The notes under the pieces: generated by a model
What the model was told of the DNA's origin: nothing
The model's input: the letters and a program-made list of their open reading frames with translations, nothing else
Databases searched by the model: none
Shown: positions 16,471-25,811 of the stretch, in pieces
How the letters are laid out: each line of letters starts with the position of its first letter
Position numbering within the stretch: position 1 is the stretch's first letter
Program-made: the position numbers and the translations under genes
NCBI GenBank assembly: GCA_021373135.1
Contig: JAJFTH010000006.1
Span: forward strand, 388,119-452,118
Source of the DNA: Bacteroidales bacterium
GTDB lineage: Bacteria; Bacteroidota; Bacteroidia; Bacteroidales; UBA1402
Length of the DNA stretch: 64,000 nucleotides
Direction: 5' to 3'

Positions 16471-16848
16471 ATGAATGTCCCTGAAAATCTGAAGTTTACA
16501 AAAGATCACGAATGGATCAAAGTGGAAGGCTCTGAAGCTTTGGTTGGTATCACTGACTATGCACAGTCTGAACTCGGTGAGATTGTTTATGTAGAATTGC
16601 CTGCTGTCGGCGAATCCAGAGAAAAAGAAACGGTGTTTGGCACTGTTGAAGCGGTTAAGGCTGTTTCAGACTTGTTTATGCCGGTATCCGGAGAAGTTCT
16701 TTCAGTTAATAAAGAATTGGAAGATAAACCGGAATTGATCAACGAAGATCCTTATGAAGGTGGCTGGATGATTAGGATTGCTCTATTGGACTCTTCAGAA
16801 CTTGATTCGTTGATGAATGCTGAACAATATGCTGCCTTTATTCAATAA
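16471..16848 (+). CDS. gcvH: Glycine cleavage system protein H
   Basis: 125 aa. Contains FTKDHEWIK and the lipoyl-lysine motif VEAVKAVSDLFMPVSGEV. Confidence 0.92.
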   Translation: MNVPENLKFTKDHEWIKVEGSEALVGITDYAQSELGEIVYVELPAVGESREKETVFGTVEAVKAVSDLFMPVSGEVLSVNKELEDKPELINEDPYEGGWMIRIALLDSSELDSLMNAEQYAAFIQ

Positions 16849-16849
16849 A

Positions 16850-17362
16850 ATGAAAATGGAGCCGATTGTAAGTATTATCATGGGTAGTACCTCCGATTAT
16901 AAGGTGATGGAGAAAGCTGCCGGATTGCTGAATGATTTCGAAATTCCTTTTGAGATCAATGCTTTATCAGCACATCGTACTCCGGAAGAAGTGGAAACTT
17001 TTGCTAAAAATGCTTCCGGCAGAGGTATCCGTGTCATTATTGCCGCTGCCGGTATGGCTGCGCATCTTCCTGGTGTAATAGCCGCCTCTACGACTGTACC
17101 TGTAATCGGTGTGCCTATCAATGCCAGTCTGGGTGGTATGGATGCACTTCTTGCCATTGTTCAGATGCCTCCGGGTATCCCTGTTGCAACTGTAGGCATA
17201 AACGCCTCTCTGAATGCAGCCATTCTTGCCGTCCAATTTCTTGCGGAAGGAGATGCCGCCCTCCGAAATAGATTGGTAGTTTATAAAGAAAGCCTTAAAG
17301 AGAAGATTGTAAAGGCCAACGAAGAACTGAAGGACATCAAGTTCGATTATAAGACAAATTGA
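16850..17362 (+). CDS. purE: 5-(carboxyamino)imidazole ribonucleotide mutase
   Basis: Contains IIMGSTSDYKVMEKA, SAHRTPEE and AGMAAHLPGVIAA. Start taken at ATG 16850, directly after the gcvH stop. Confidence 0.9.
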   Translation: MKMEPIVSIIMGSTSDYKVMEKAAGLLNDFEIPFEINALSAHRTPEEVETFAKNASGRGIRVIIAAAGMAAHLPGVIAASTTVPVIGVPINASLGGMDALLAIVQMPPGIPVATVGINASLNAAILAVQFLAEGDAALRNRLVVYKESLKEKIVKANEELKDIKFDYKTN

Positions 17363-19240
17363 ATGAATTATTGCCCTGATTTGTTTCATTATTGCAGAAG
17401 AAAAAGCTCCACTGTCCGGATTGGCAATACGCCGTTGGGTGGATCGAACCCCATCAGGGTCCAGTCAATGACCAATACCTCCACGATGGACACTGCAGGG
17501 AGTGTGGAACAATGTAAGCGCATCATTGATGCAGGTGCTGATTATGTTCGTTTGACTGCACAAGGAGTCAGGGAGGCTGAAAATCTGGAGTTGATCCGAT
17601 CTGGTCTTCGTGCTCAGGGCTATCAAACTCCTTTGGTGGCTGATATCCATTTTAACCCCAAGGCAGCCGACGCTGCTGCTCAATATGTGGAGAAAGTCAG
17701 GATCAATCCCGGGAACTTTGTGGATCCGGTCAAGACTTTTAAACATTTTGAATACACGGAGGAAGAGTATGCCAAAGAATTGCAGAAAATAAGGGAGCGT
17801 TTTGTGCCTTTTCTCCATATTTGCAAGGAGCATCATACTGCTGTACGTATCGGTGTTAATCATGGCTCTCTTTCTGACAGGATATTGAGCCGGTATGGCG
17901 ATACACCGGCAGGCATGGTTGAATCTTGTCTGGAATTTTTGAGGATTTGCGTAGAGGAAAATTTCCCGGATGTAGTGATATCCATCAAGGCTTCCAATAC
18001 CTTAGTTATGGTGCAAACGGTGCGCTTGCTGGTGGTACGTATGGATGTTGAAAATATGCATTTCCCTTTACATCTTGGTGTCACTGAGGCTGGTGACGGT
18101 GAGGATGGACGTATCAAATCAGCTGTCGGCATCGGTACTTTGATGATTGACGGCATAGGCGACACCATCCGGGTGTCACTCAGTGAAGATCCTGAACTGG
18201 AAATTCCGGTAGCCAGGCAAATTGTCAGACTGATTCAGGAACGTAGCGAACATGCACACATTCAGGGTAAAGTTTTCCCCGGGTTTGATCCCTTTTCTTT
18301 CCATCGGAGGAAAACGGTGGCAGTCGGACCTTTCGGTGGGGGGCAGGTGCCGGTCGTCATTGTTGATTGCAGTTTGAAAAGCTTTGATTTCAGTGCAGTT
18401 GCTTTAAAACCGGATTTCATTTATGTCGGAAAAGACATTCGGAAACATACGGAAGGAATTCCGCAACTTTGTGATGCTTTTATATATGCAGGTCAGAAGG
18501 ATATTTATCCTGTTTTTTCTGTCGATCGGATTTCCGAATTGGAGGTTTGTTCTGCTTCTGTCAGGTACCTGAAGCTAAGCTACGATGATTTATCCGAATC
18601 ATTGGTTCAGCACATGAATCAGATACCCAACTTGGTCTTGATATTATACAGTCAACACGTAAATCGCGTGGCAGAACTGAGAGCCGGTTTTCATTTTCTG
18701 TTGAATCAAGGTTGCCACATTCCTGTAGTGATAGCCCAGTCTGTTTCCGCAAAAAAGGTGGAGGAGCAACAACTTATCGTAGGCTTGGATTTTGGTCCGC
18801 TACTGTTGGATGGCTTCGGTGACGGTGTCCTGATGTTTTCACCCATCGACAAAAACGACGTTTACATCAGCAATCCTGCCGATGACGTATCTGTCTTGTT
18901 TGGCGTTTTGCAGGCTACCCGTCTCAGAATAAGCAAGACAGAATACATTTCCTGTCCGAGTTGTGGTCGTACTTTGTATGATTTGCAGAAGGTCATTGCC
19001 AAAATCAAAGCCAGAACATCTCATTTGAAAGGTCTCAAGATAGGCATCATGGGTTGTATTGTCAATGGGCCAGGTGAAATGGCCGATGCTGATTACGGAT
19101 ATGTGGGGGCTGGAAGAGGTCAGGTTTCTCTTTATAAGGGACAGGAATGTGTGGAACGTTCTATTCCCGAAGAGGAGGCTATAGACAAACTGATTGAACT
19201 GATTCGCCGGAATGGTGATTGGCAGGATCCGGAAATCTAA
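17363..19240 (+). CDS. ispG: 4-hydroxy-3-methylbut-2-en-1-yl diphosphate synthase, long (insert-containing) form
   Basis: 625 aa. Contains PIRVQSMTNT, NPGN and the C-terminal Fe-S motifs ISCPSCGRT and GCIVNGPGE. The large central insert is typical of the Bacteroidetes/Chlamydia/plant type. Confidence 0.92.
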   Translation: MNYCPDLFHYCRRKSSTVRIGNTPLGGSNPIRVQSMTNTSTMDTAGSVEQCKRIIDAGADYVRLTAQGVREAENLELIRSGLRAQGYQTPLVADIHFNPKAADAAAQYVEKVRINPGNFVDPVKTFKHFEYTEEEYAKELQKIRERFVPFLHICKEHHTAVRIGVNHGSLSDRILSRYGDTPAGMVESCLEFLRICVEENFPDVVISIKASNTLVMVQTVRLLVVRMDVENMHFPLHLGVTEAGDGEDGRIKSAVGIGTLMIDGIGDTIRVSLSEDPELEIPVARQIVRLIQERSEHAHIQGKVFPGFDPFSFHRRKTVAVGPFGGGQVPVVIVDCSLKSFDFSAVALKPDFIYVGKDIRKHTEGIPQLCDAFIYAGQKDIYPVFSVDRISELEVCSASVRYLKLSYDDLSESLVQHMNQIPNLVLILYSQHVNRVAELRAGFHFLLNQGCHIPVVIAQSVSAKKVEEQQLIVGLDFGPLLLDGFGDGVLMFSPIDKNDVYISNPADDVSVLFGVLQATRLRISKTEYISCPSCGRTLYDLQKVIAKIKARTSHLKGLKIGIMGCIVNGPGEMADADYGYVGAGRGQVSLYKGQECVERSIPEEEAIDKLIELIRRNGDWQDPEI

Positions 19241-19284
19241 AAAACAGGCGATATCTTACTTTTTAGGACATGCTTCAGCATGTC

Positions 19285-19322
19285 ACAAAAAATGGCCATC
19301 CAGAAAGGATGGCCATTTTTAA
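19285..19322. terminator. Bidirectional terminator between convergent ispG and lipoprotein genes
   Basis: AATGGCCATCC-agaaa-GGATGGCCATT is a perfect 11-bp stem flanked by A6 and T5. A second hairpin, GACATGC-ttca-GCATGTC, lies just upstream. Confidence 0.8.
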
Positions 19323-19340
19323 TATTTCTAATCTGGAAGA

Positions 19341-21029
19341 TTAGTTCAACAATGCAGCAACAGAAGCATCTGTGATGTATTTGGAGAATTCCAGATCCTT
19401 AATAGCTTTTTTGGCATAGCTCTTGTCTGCATTGATGGCAGATTTCAAACCGCTAACAACCAAGTCTTTGTTGTTGGTCCTTGCGCCGATGATGGCTTTC
19501 AGATAGCTGGTTTCAGCAGTTGGGTTAGCAACAGCATCCAATGTTGATTTGGCTTTACTGTAATCTTTTGTCAAGAGTTGAGCCAAACCTGCGTTGTTGG
19601 ATTTGGTATCACCAAATGCTTCAACAGCTTTTGCATATTCACCTTTCTTGATGTATTGGATACCCATGGCTTCGTTCAAACCGGCAGCACCGGCAGAAGC
19701 ACCAAGATAAGAGTCAACAGTTGAAGCTGCAGCACCTGTAGCCATGGAATAAAGAGCAAGGTTGCTGCTTACATCGGCCGTTTTGCTTAAAGAGTAAGCT
19801 TTGTCAAGGTTTGATTTAGCTTGAGAAAGATTGCCGGCTTGCAATGCAAGACCACCTAAGTTGTTGTATGCGCGGTAATCGCTTGGGAAAAGTTCAGCAG
19901 CTTTTTGGTAGATGCTTTCTTTTTCAGCAGCGTTGTTGAACAAGGTTGCAGAATAAAGAAGTTCTTCAACGTTCAACTTGGAAGGATCATTAACTGCAAG
20001 ATCTTTGATTTGTTCATCCGTTTTTCCGATGATATCAACTGTCAACATCATTTTTGAACGTCTCAATTTAGGAAGGATGTCTTCAGCAAGGTTTTCAAAA
20101 ACAGATGACAGGTTCTTGATTTCCTGTTCCCGTTTTTCAGGATCTGAATACATGGACAATACACGAAGAATCAAGTCTTTATCTTGGATATTGGAGTTGC
20201 TTACCAATTCTTTGAAACCATCCCAGTCTTCAGCGGTGAATTTTGCGTCGATAGATCCGGTAGCTTTGGTTTTCTTCAATTCTTTTTCAAGGTAGCCAAC
20301 AGTCGTTTTTTCACGGTTTTCAGCCAGTTTTTCATTCAAGCTCATAGAGCCATCAGGAGAAGCGTAGGAAGATACTTCAATACCGGTGATTTTCTTGTTG
20401 GCATCGGTAGAAGTGGCAGCAATCTTTTCGTTGAGGGCTTTAACTGCGTCAGATTTGAGTTCTGAGTCGCGGAGTTTGGCTTGTTGAATAAGGAACAGGA
20501 TGCTGGCTTCATGAGCTTCTTGGATAACGCGTTGGAACTTGTCCTGAGAAAGGGTGGGAGTCGCAGAAGTGGCATCAGCCAGAGTTTCTGTAGCGATTAC
20601 TCCGTCAGCAACCTTGATTTCGGGAAGAGCAATGGATTTCTTTCCAATGGTTGTGTTAAACCTAAGAAATAGTTCCGATTTGCTCATTTCAGGAATATAG
20701 TTGTATATAGAGCTAACGCTGAATGAACCGCCTTCTTTGGCGATAACTTTGTTGTTTCCGGTCACTTTAGTGCCTTGGAGCGTGATAGGTGTGCCAAGAG
20801 CTTCACCGCCATCATATTTCAATACAGGGGTAATGGTAACCAAACCTTTTGCCGGAAAGGCTTTTGCCGGAAAAGTTCCATCAACTTTAGCGGGAACCTT
20901 GCCACCTTGTGCAACAAGCACTTGAGGTGTCACGGTGAAAAAGTCACTGGTGGGTGCAAACTTTCCCGCACAGGAAGTAAGCAATAACATGCTCGTCAAA
21001 AGAATTGACAGGGAAATTTTTTTGTTCAT
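19341..21029 (-). CDS. Lipoprotein with C-terminal TPR-like repeats, function unknown
   Basis: The signal/lipobox is MNKKISLSILLTSMLLLTSC. The C-terminal half is Ala/Leu/Tyr-rich with TPR-like repeats (YNNLGGLALQAGNLSQAKSNLDKA). Start chosen at ATG 21029. Confidence 0.6.
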   Translation of the reverse strand: MNKKISLSILLTSMLLLTSCAGKFAPTSDFFTVTPQVLVAQGGKVPAKVDGTFPAKAFPAKGLVTITPVLKYDGGEALGTPITLQGTKVTGNNKVIAKEGGSFSVSSIYNYIPEMSKSELFLRFNTTIGKKSIALPEIKVADGVIATETLADATSATPTLSQDKFQRVIQEAHEASILFLIQQAKLRDSELKSDAVKALNEKIAATSTDANKKITGIEVSSYASPDGSMSLNEKLAENREKTTVGYLEKELKKTKATGSIDAKFTAEDWDGFKELVSNSNIQDKDLILRVLSMYSDPEKREQEIKNLSSVFENLAEDILPKLRRSKMMLTVDIIGKTDEQIKDLAVNDPSKLNVEELLYSATLFNNAAEKESIYQKAAELFPSDYRAYNNLGGLALQAGNLSQAKSNLDKAYSLSKTADVSSNLALYSMATGAAASTVDSYLGASAGAAGLNEAMGIQYIKKGEYAKAVEAFGDTKSNNAGLAQLLTKDYSKAKSTLDAVANPTAETSYLKAIIGARTNNKDLVVSGLKSAINADKSYAKKAIKDLEFSKYITDASVAALLN

Positions 21030-21201
21030 GTGTCTTGATTTTATTGAGTTAATATACATTCGCAGCACAAAAATACTTATTATTTACAAATATAAAAGGG
21101 AAATGTTCATTTTCGAAATGACAAAATAAATAATTTAAAGATAGTTAAGACTCTCAAGCCAAATATAGACATATTTTGTGGATGGTAGCTATGATTTTCT
21201 T

Positions 21202-23556
21202 TTATTTTCCAATCATTAGCTTCAAAACATATACGAGTTTTTCGTTTCTCAGACGAATAATGAGGATTCTGTTTTTGTTTGAAGGAAAATATATAGTGGC
21301 AATTGGTGGTGAGACTTTTGTTTCCAAAATCTTGCGTCCGGTATAATCGAAAATTTCCACGTCTGTAATGCCAGCCCATTGATCGGGTAATGCAATTTTT
21401 ATCATGGACTCTTGTGCAGAATAAGCAATTATTGGACGTTTTTTTATGATGGAATCTTTGTCTTCGTAATAATAATTATTGGGTAAGGTGATGGTGTCAT
21501 TTGCAATGACAGGTTCTATCCATAAGGATGTATAAACTGGGGTGAAAGGGTGTTCCAAGTATGGGTACCAGAGTTCGTTCTTCATGAAGTATGCCGTGTT
21601 GAAACTATCATTTACTCTGATGGCAGAGTAAAGATAAAAAGTGTCTTCGACTGCATTGATTGGATAACTGATTTCATAACCCACATAAAAGTCCTTTCCA
21701 ACTGATATGGGCGTATTAAAGCGGATGTAATTCTTACGGTTGGAAAAATAGTTTTTTGTTTTTTTGATAAAATCCCCATTGACGTATTCCAGATAGTTTG
21801 GGTTTAGTAACGCTTTGCCCAAAATGCGGCCAGGTGTGTTTCCTCCTCCATAGACTCTGACGGTTACCGGCAATTGGCTGTTGTTATGTCCCTTGGCGGC
21901 AACCAGAAATACGCCTTGAATCATGCTTGAGTCTGCTGTGGTGAAATGTTCTGCAAAATGGGATGTTCCTATACTGCTATGACCAGAAATGGAACCCCAT
22001 TGAGAGGAGTCAAGCATGATGACTCCCATCGAATCGGAAGGCATGAGATTGTTGATGCATATAGATGGGTTTTCTTCATAAGGATCCAGACCGTCCAGGT
22101 TTGTAGGGCTCTGAATGCTATCTGGGGAAATCGGATCAAGCCAGTGCTTGAGTTGCATGGACGTATTTGGAAAAGAGTTCCACGCTTTGTCAAAGCGAAA
22201 ATAGAAATCGCCGGTGGCATAATTGTCGCAATCGGAATCTCCGCCGGAGAGACCTCCTCTGAGTCTGTTATATTTATCAAAGAGGGGTGAACCGGAAGAT
22301 CCTGACCAGGTGTGTCCAATGTTCCATTTCCTGATGTTCCAGTGATTGTTTGCACCAATTCCACTCCCGGAACTCCAGCTTTTCAACGTTACCGAGTCCT
22401 TTTCAACGCAGTATTTCTTCATTTCCCCGAATGGATGGTGTATGCCGGTAAAGGGAAGTGCTTTGTTCGTAATGGTGTCCAGAGACCATCCGGCCAGATA
22501 TGGACGGTAATCTGAAGGCGGCATTTCTGTCAGTTCAAGCAAGGCAAAATCTATCTCTTTGGAGATGGCTCTCGTGGTGCTTCCGGACAATGAAAATTCT
22601 TCCGACCCTCTGAGCCTTTTGTCGCAGCGGGGTGAAACATAGTTCATGAAAGCTACCACTCTTTTCCCCAATTCTGTTCTTTCTGTCAGGTCATTGTCGT
22701 TCGTTGACCCGCCAAAACAGTGAGATGCGGTCAATAGATAAGGAGTCCCGTCGTTGGCTGTATTGTTGATAAAGGTGCCTGTGCAATAGGTGTCCCCGTT
22801 GATGATCAACAAGCAGACGCTGCGCCCGATGGTGTCATAGGTACTGTCGCAACTTAAATCGGGAATGCAAGGCAAATCAGTTAGATTAAATCGTGTCCCC
22901 GCTCTGAAAAGGCCGCGATAATCATGATTGACTTCTGTAATTCGGATTTTGCCGGCAAAAGAGGCATCGGCCGGTTCCTGGTATTCTATGGTCAACTCAT
23001 CTCCATCAACGGGAGAAACAGAGAATTCTCCTCCTTCAGGATTGTTTTCATTGGTGAAACCACCCAGAACGGTAGAACGGTCTGAGTTGTATAAAAAGAC
23101 TTTCGCTCCGTCCGGCAGGTCAAAATCGCCGAACAGGACATTCAGGGAATATGCACCTTTTGATCGGATCCCAACTCTCCAAACGGTTGTTCCGTCTTCT
23201 GTATGAAACACCACTCCTGAATTTTCCGGTGAAAGGTTGACAAAGAATTTATGAGCAAATTTCAAACCTCCAGCCCTGTTCCCCGGCAGGCTGTCGATAG
23301 CCAAAACAGAATCGAGGTTAAAAGCAGGCATTTCAACAAAATAGTCCACGGAAGAGCTTAATATGGATGACTTTTTTGCTGTTTGCAATGCCCGGCTTCC
23401 TTGCTCAAGCGGCCAGCCTCCATGTGGAATTTGAGCCCGGACAAATTGTGTTGATATCACGGTTGCCCCTATCAACAAAATTTGTATCCATCTTCTGATC
23501 CTGATTTGCTTGTTCAGGCATGAAGTGCCGGTATGATCTTCTGAGCCAAAATCCAT
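21202..23556 (-). CDS. Secreted trypsin-like (S1 family, lysyl-endopeptidase-like) serine protease with T9SS C-terminal sorting domain
   Basis: The His box is YLLTASHCF and the Ser box is GHTWSGSSGSPLFD. There is an N-terminal signal and a C-terminal beta-rich ~80 aa (VEIFDYTGRKILE...IIRLRNEKLVYVLKLMI) of the Por/T9SS CTD type. Confidence 0.75.
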   Translation of the reverse strand: MDFGSEDHTGTSCLNKQIRIRRWIQILLIGATVISTQFVRAQIPHGGWPLEQGSRALQTAKKSSILSSSVDYFVEMPAFNLDSVLAIDSLPGNRAGGLKFAHKFFVNLSPENSGVVFHTEDGTTVWRVGIRSKGAYSLNVLFGDFDLPDGAKVFLYNSDRSTVLGGFTNENNPEGGEFSVSPVDGDELTIEYQEPADASFAGKIRITEVNHDYRGLFRAGTRFNLTDLPCIPDLSCDSTYDTIGRSVCLLIINGDTYCTGTFINNTANDGTPYLLTASHCFGGSTNDNDLTERTELGKRVVAFMNYVSPRCDKRLRGSEEFSLSGSTTRAISKEIDFALLELTEMPPSDYRPYLAGWSLDTITNKALPFTGIHHPFGEMKKYCVEKDSVTLKSWSSGSGIGANNHWNIRKWNIGHTWSGSSGSPLFDKYNRLRGGLSGGDSDCDNYATGDFYFRFDKAWNSFPNTSMQLKHWLDPISPDSIQSPTNLDGLDPYEENPSICINNLMPSDSMGVIMLDSSQWGSISGHSSIGTSHFAEHFTTADSSMIQGVFLVAAKGHNNSQLPVTVRVYGGGNTPGRILGKALLNPNYLEYVNGDFIKKTKNYFSNRKNYIRFNTPISVGKDFYVGYEISYPINAVEDTFYLYSAIRVNDSFNTAYFMKNELWYPYLEHPFTPVYTSLWIEPVIANDTITLPNNYYYEDKDSIIKKRPIIAYSAQESMIKIALPDQWAGITDVEIFDYTGRKILETKVSPPIATIYFPSNKNRILIIRLRNEKLVYVLKLMIGK

Positions 23557-23589
23557 TGTGAAATTTTAAATTTCTGAGTTGGCGCATCC

Positions 23590-24819
23590 TTAGACTTCTG
23601 TATTCTCTCTCTTTTTGAAGTAAGCCAGAACCGGCCACCAGGTAGAAGGAATACTCACAACCAGTACGGTTATGAAAATAAGAATGATATCTTTAAACAT
23701 CAGATTTACGGGATATGCATCTACAATATAGTTACCTCCGCCTCCCAGTTTCAGCAAGCCGAAGTGTTCTTGAAGGAAGCAAAGTGCTGCACCAATGATG
23801 ATGCCAAGAATGGCTCCAGAGAATGCAATCATTCTGCCTTCATACAGGAAAATCTTGCGGATCTTTTTATTGTCTGCTCCCAATTCACTCAGGGTTTGGG
23901 CGTCTTTTCTCTTTTCAAGGATCAACATGGACAAAGATCCTATAACGTTAAAAAGGGCTATCAGCAGGATGAATGACAAGATAAGGTAAGTCATCCATTT
24001 TTCAATTCTGTTGATGTTATAAAAATCAGCCTTTTGCTCCATGATGTTTTGTACGGTATAGTCTGGACCAAGCAATTTTTCAAAGGATTTTTTCACTGAT
24101 TCTTCATTTGCACCATCTTTCAGCTTGATTTCCACGGCGGTCACTTCATCGGTATATTCAAAAAGATCCCTGGCAAAGCTGATGGGGACCAGAACCAGGT
24201 GATTGTCGTAATCGGACTGATTGATCCCAAAAGTACCGCATAAAAGGATTTGGGATGTCTTGAAGGATGCCGCCGGGTTGGCAATGTTGATTGTACCATG
24301 ACGTTTGGGTGCATTGATGATGATGGGGTCTATAAAGGAATTTCCGGTACCAAGAAGTCCGGCCAGCCCGACCCCGATGGTGGCATAGTTGAAATCATAT
24401 TCATTGAGGGCAAATCGTCCGGAATAAAGCAATTGGTCGATTTTAGTCAATTCTCGAAAATTGTCGGATACTCCTTTGATGGTGGCACTGGTCTGGGCCT
24501 CTTTGTACTGCACCAAGGCATTTTCTTCAAGCGTTTCGCAGAAGACCGAAACATCCTTGTTTTTACGTATGGTTTCAAAAGCTTTGCTGTTGGTTCTGAA
24601 AGTCTTGCCTTCTACGACCTTGATCTTGAGTTGAGGATCGAAGCTGCTGTACATGCTTCCCAGAAGTTTCTGAAATCCGTTGTAGACGGACAAGGTGCAA
24701 ACCAGTGCGGCAACGGCCACGGCAATACCGAACACGGATACCATCGAAACTATATTGATGGCATTGTGTGTCTTCTTGGAAAACAGATAACGTTTGGCTA
24801 TGTGTAACGGTAGGTTCAC
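23590..24819 (-). CDS. FtsX-like ABC transporter permease (LolC/E family)
   Basis: 409 aa. The N-terminus LPLHIAKRYLFSKK matches the LolC/E start. A large periplasmic loop is followed by 3 C-terminal TM helices. GTG start. Confidence 0.8.
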   Translation of the reverse strand: MNLPLHIAKRYLFSKKTHNAINIVSMVSVFGIAVAVAALVCTLSVYNGFQKLLGSMYSSFDPQLKIKVVEGKTFRTNSKAFETIRKNKDVSVFCETLEENALVQYKEAQTSATIKGVSDNFRELTKIDQLLYSGRFALNEYDFNYATIGVGLAGLLGTGNSFIDPIIINAPKRHGTINIANPAASFKTSQILLCGTFGINQSDYDNHLVLVPISFARDLFEYTDEVTAVEIKLKDGANEESVKKSFEKLLGPDYTVQNIMEQKADFYNINRIEKWMTYLILSFILLIALFNVIGSLSMLILEKRKDAQTLSELGADNKKIRKIFLYEGRMIAFSGAILGIIIGAALCFLQEHFGLLKLGGGGNYIVDAYPVNLMFKDIILIFITVLVVSIPSTWWPVLAYFKKRENTEV

Positions 24820-24825
24820 CGGAGG

Positions 24826-25161
24826 CTATTTTTTCAGGAGGGCATCAATTTTCTCTGCATAATCGAGAGAATCATCAAGAAAAAAATTCAATTCAGGCAT
24901 TTTGCGTAATTGGAAACGTACACGACCGGCTACTTCGTAACGAATGGCGCGGGCACTTTCCCTGATGTTCTTGACCAGTTCTTCTCCTTTTTCTGAAGGG
25001 AAAATGCTCAGATAGACACGCGCAACGCTCAGGTCAGGGCTGACACGAACCTGACTGACAGAAACCAGGATGCCATGCATGGCTTTGGTTTGAAGCAGGA
25101 AAACGTCGCTCAGTTCCTTTTGAATCAGACGATTGATTTTATTTTGTCTGGTAGTTTCCAT
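24826..25161 (-). CDS. rbfA: 30S ribosome-binding factor A
   Basis: 111 aa. Contains RQNKINRLIQKELSDVF...VSVSQVRVSPDLSVARVYLSIF. Confidence 0.88.
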   Translation of the reverse strand: METTRQNKINRLIQKELSDVFLLQTKAMHGILVSVSQVRVSPDLSVARVYLSIFPSEKGEELVKNIRESARAIRYEVAGRVRFQLRKMPELNFFLDDSLDYAEKIDALLKK

Positions 25162-25166
25162 TTCTC

Positions 25167-25799
25167 TTATTTTTTGTAAATGATTGTCAATCCATCCCTG
25201 ATAGGCAGGATGATTTTTTCAACCCTTGAATCTTTCGCAAGGTAGTCGTTAAATTTCGAAACAGCAACACTCTGTGCGTCGTTTTTGGCAATTTCTCCAA
25301 GGACTTTTCCACCCCAAAGGGTGTTGTCTGCGAAGATGAAACCGCCTGATTTCACTTTTGGAAAAACAGCTTCATAATATTCCGGATATTGACGCTTGTC
25401 GGCATCGATGAACACCAGATCGAACTGCCCTTCCATCTGCGGAATCATCTCCAGTGCATCTCCGATATGAAGTTTGACCTTATGCCCTGATTCAGAACGG
25501 GAGAACCAACTTCTGGCCACGTCTTCCAACTCATCATTGTGCTCAATGGTATGGACTTCTGCATCCTCATCGGTACCTTCTGCAAAACACAAGGCAGAAT
25601 AGCCGGTAAATGTTCCAAGTTCAAGTACCCGTTTTGGCCGGATCATGTGACAGAGCATCACGATCAGGCGTCCTTGATAATGTCCTGAAACCATTCTTCC
25701 GTTCAATAACCTGACATGAGAATCCTTACTTAAAATTTTGAGCAATTCAGGCTCAGGATCTGTGTGAGACAATATGTAATTTTCCAAAAGTTCGTCCAT
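25167..25799 (-). CDS. Class I SAM-dependent O-methyltransferase (family 3, caffeoyl-CoA OMT-like)
   Basis: 210 aa. Contains VLELGTFTGYSAL and FDLVFIDADK. Confidence 0.8.
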   Translation of the reverse strand: MDELLENYILSHTDPEPELLKILSKDSHVRLLNGRMVSGHYQGRLIVMLCHMIRPKRVLELGTFTGYSALCFAEGTDEDAEVHTIEHNDELEDVARSWFSRSESGHKVKLHIGDALEMIPQMEGQFDLVFIDADKRQYPEYYEAVFPKVKSGGFIFADNTLWGGKVLGEIAKNDAQSVAVSKFNDYLAKDSRVEKIILPIRDGLTIIYKK

Positions 25800-25811
25800 G
25801 GATGGATGATG

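Noticed and set aside
24250-24807. A 185-aa ORF antisense to the lolE-like permease gene. Similar long antisense ORFs occur at 26250-26831 (in pyk), 48532-49194 (cinA/proA), 49988-50503 (proA/proB), 60118-60615 (sppA/lpxK), 11647-12063 (FKBP), 16967-17389 (purE) and 35032-35499 (recQ).
   Set aside because: Each lies entirely opposite a gene with strong family motifs and has no motifs of its own. All are typical shadow ORFs of moderately GC-rich coding DNA.
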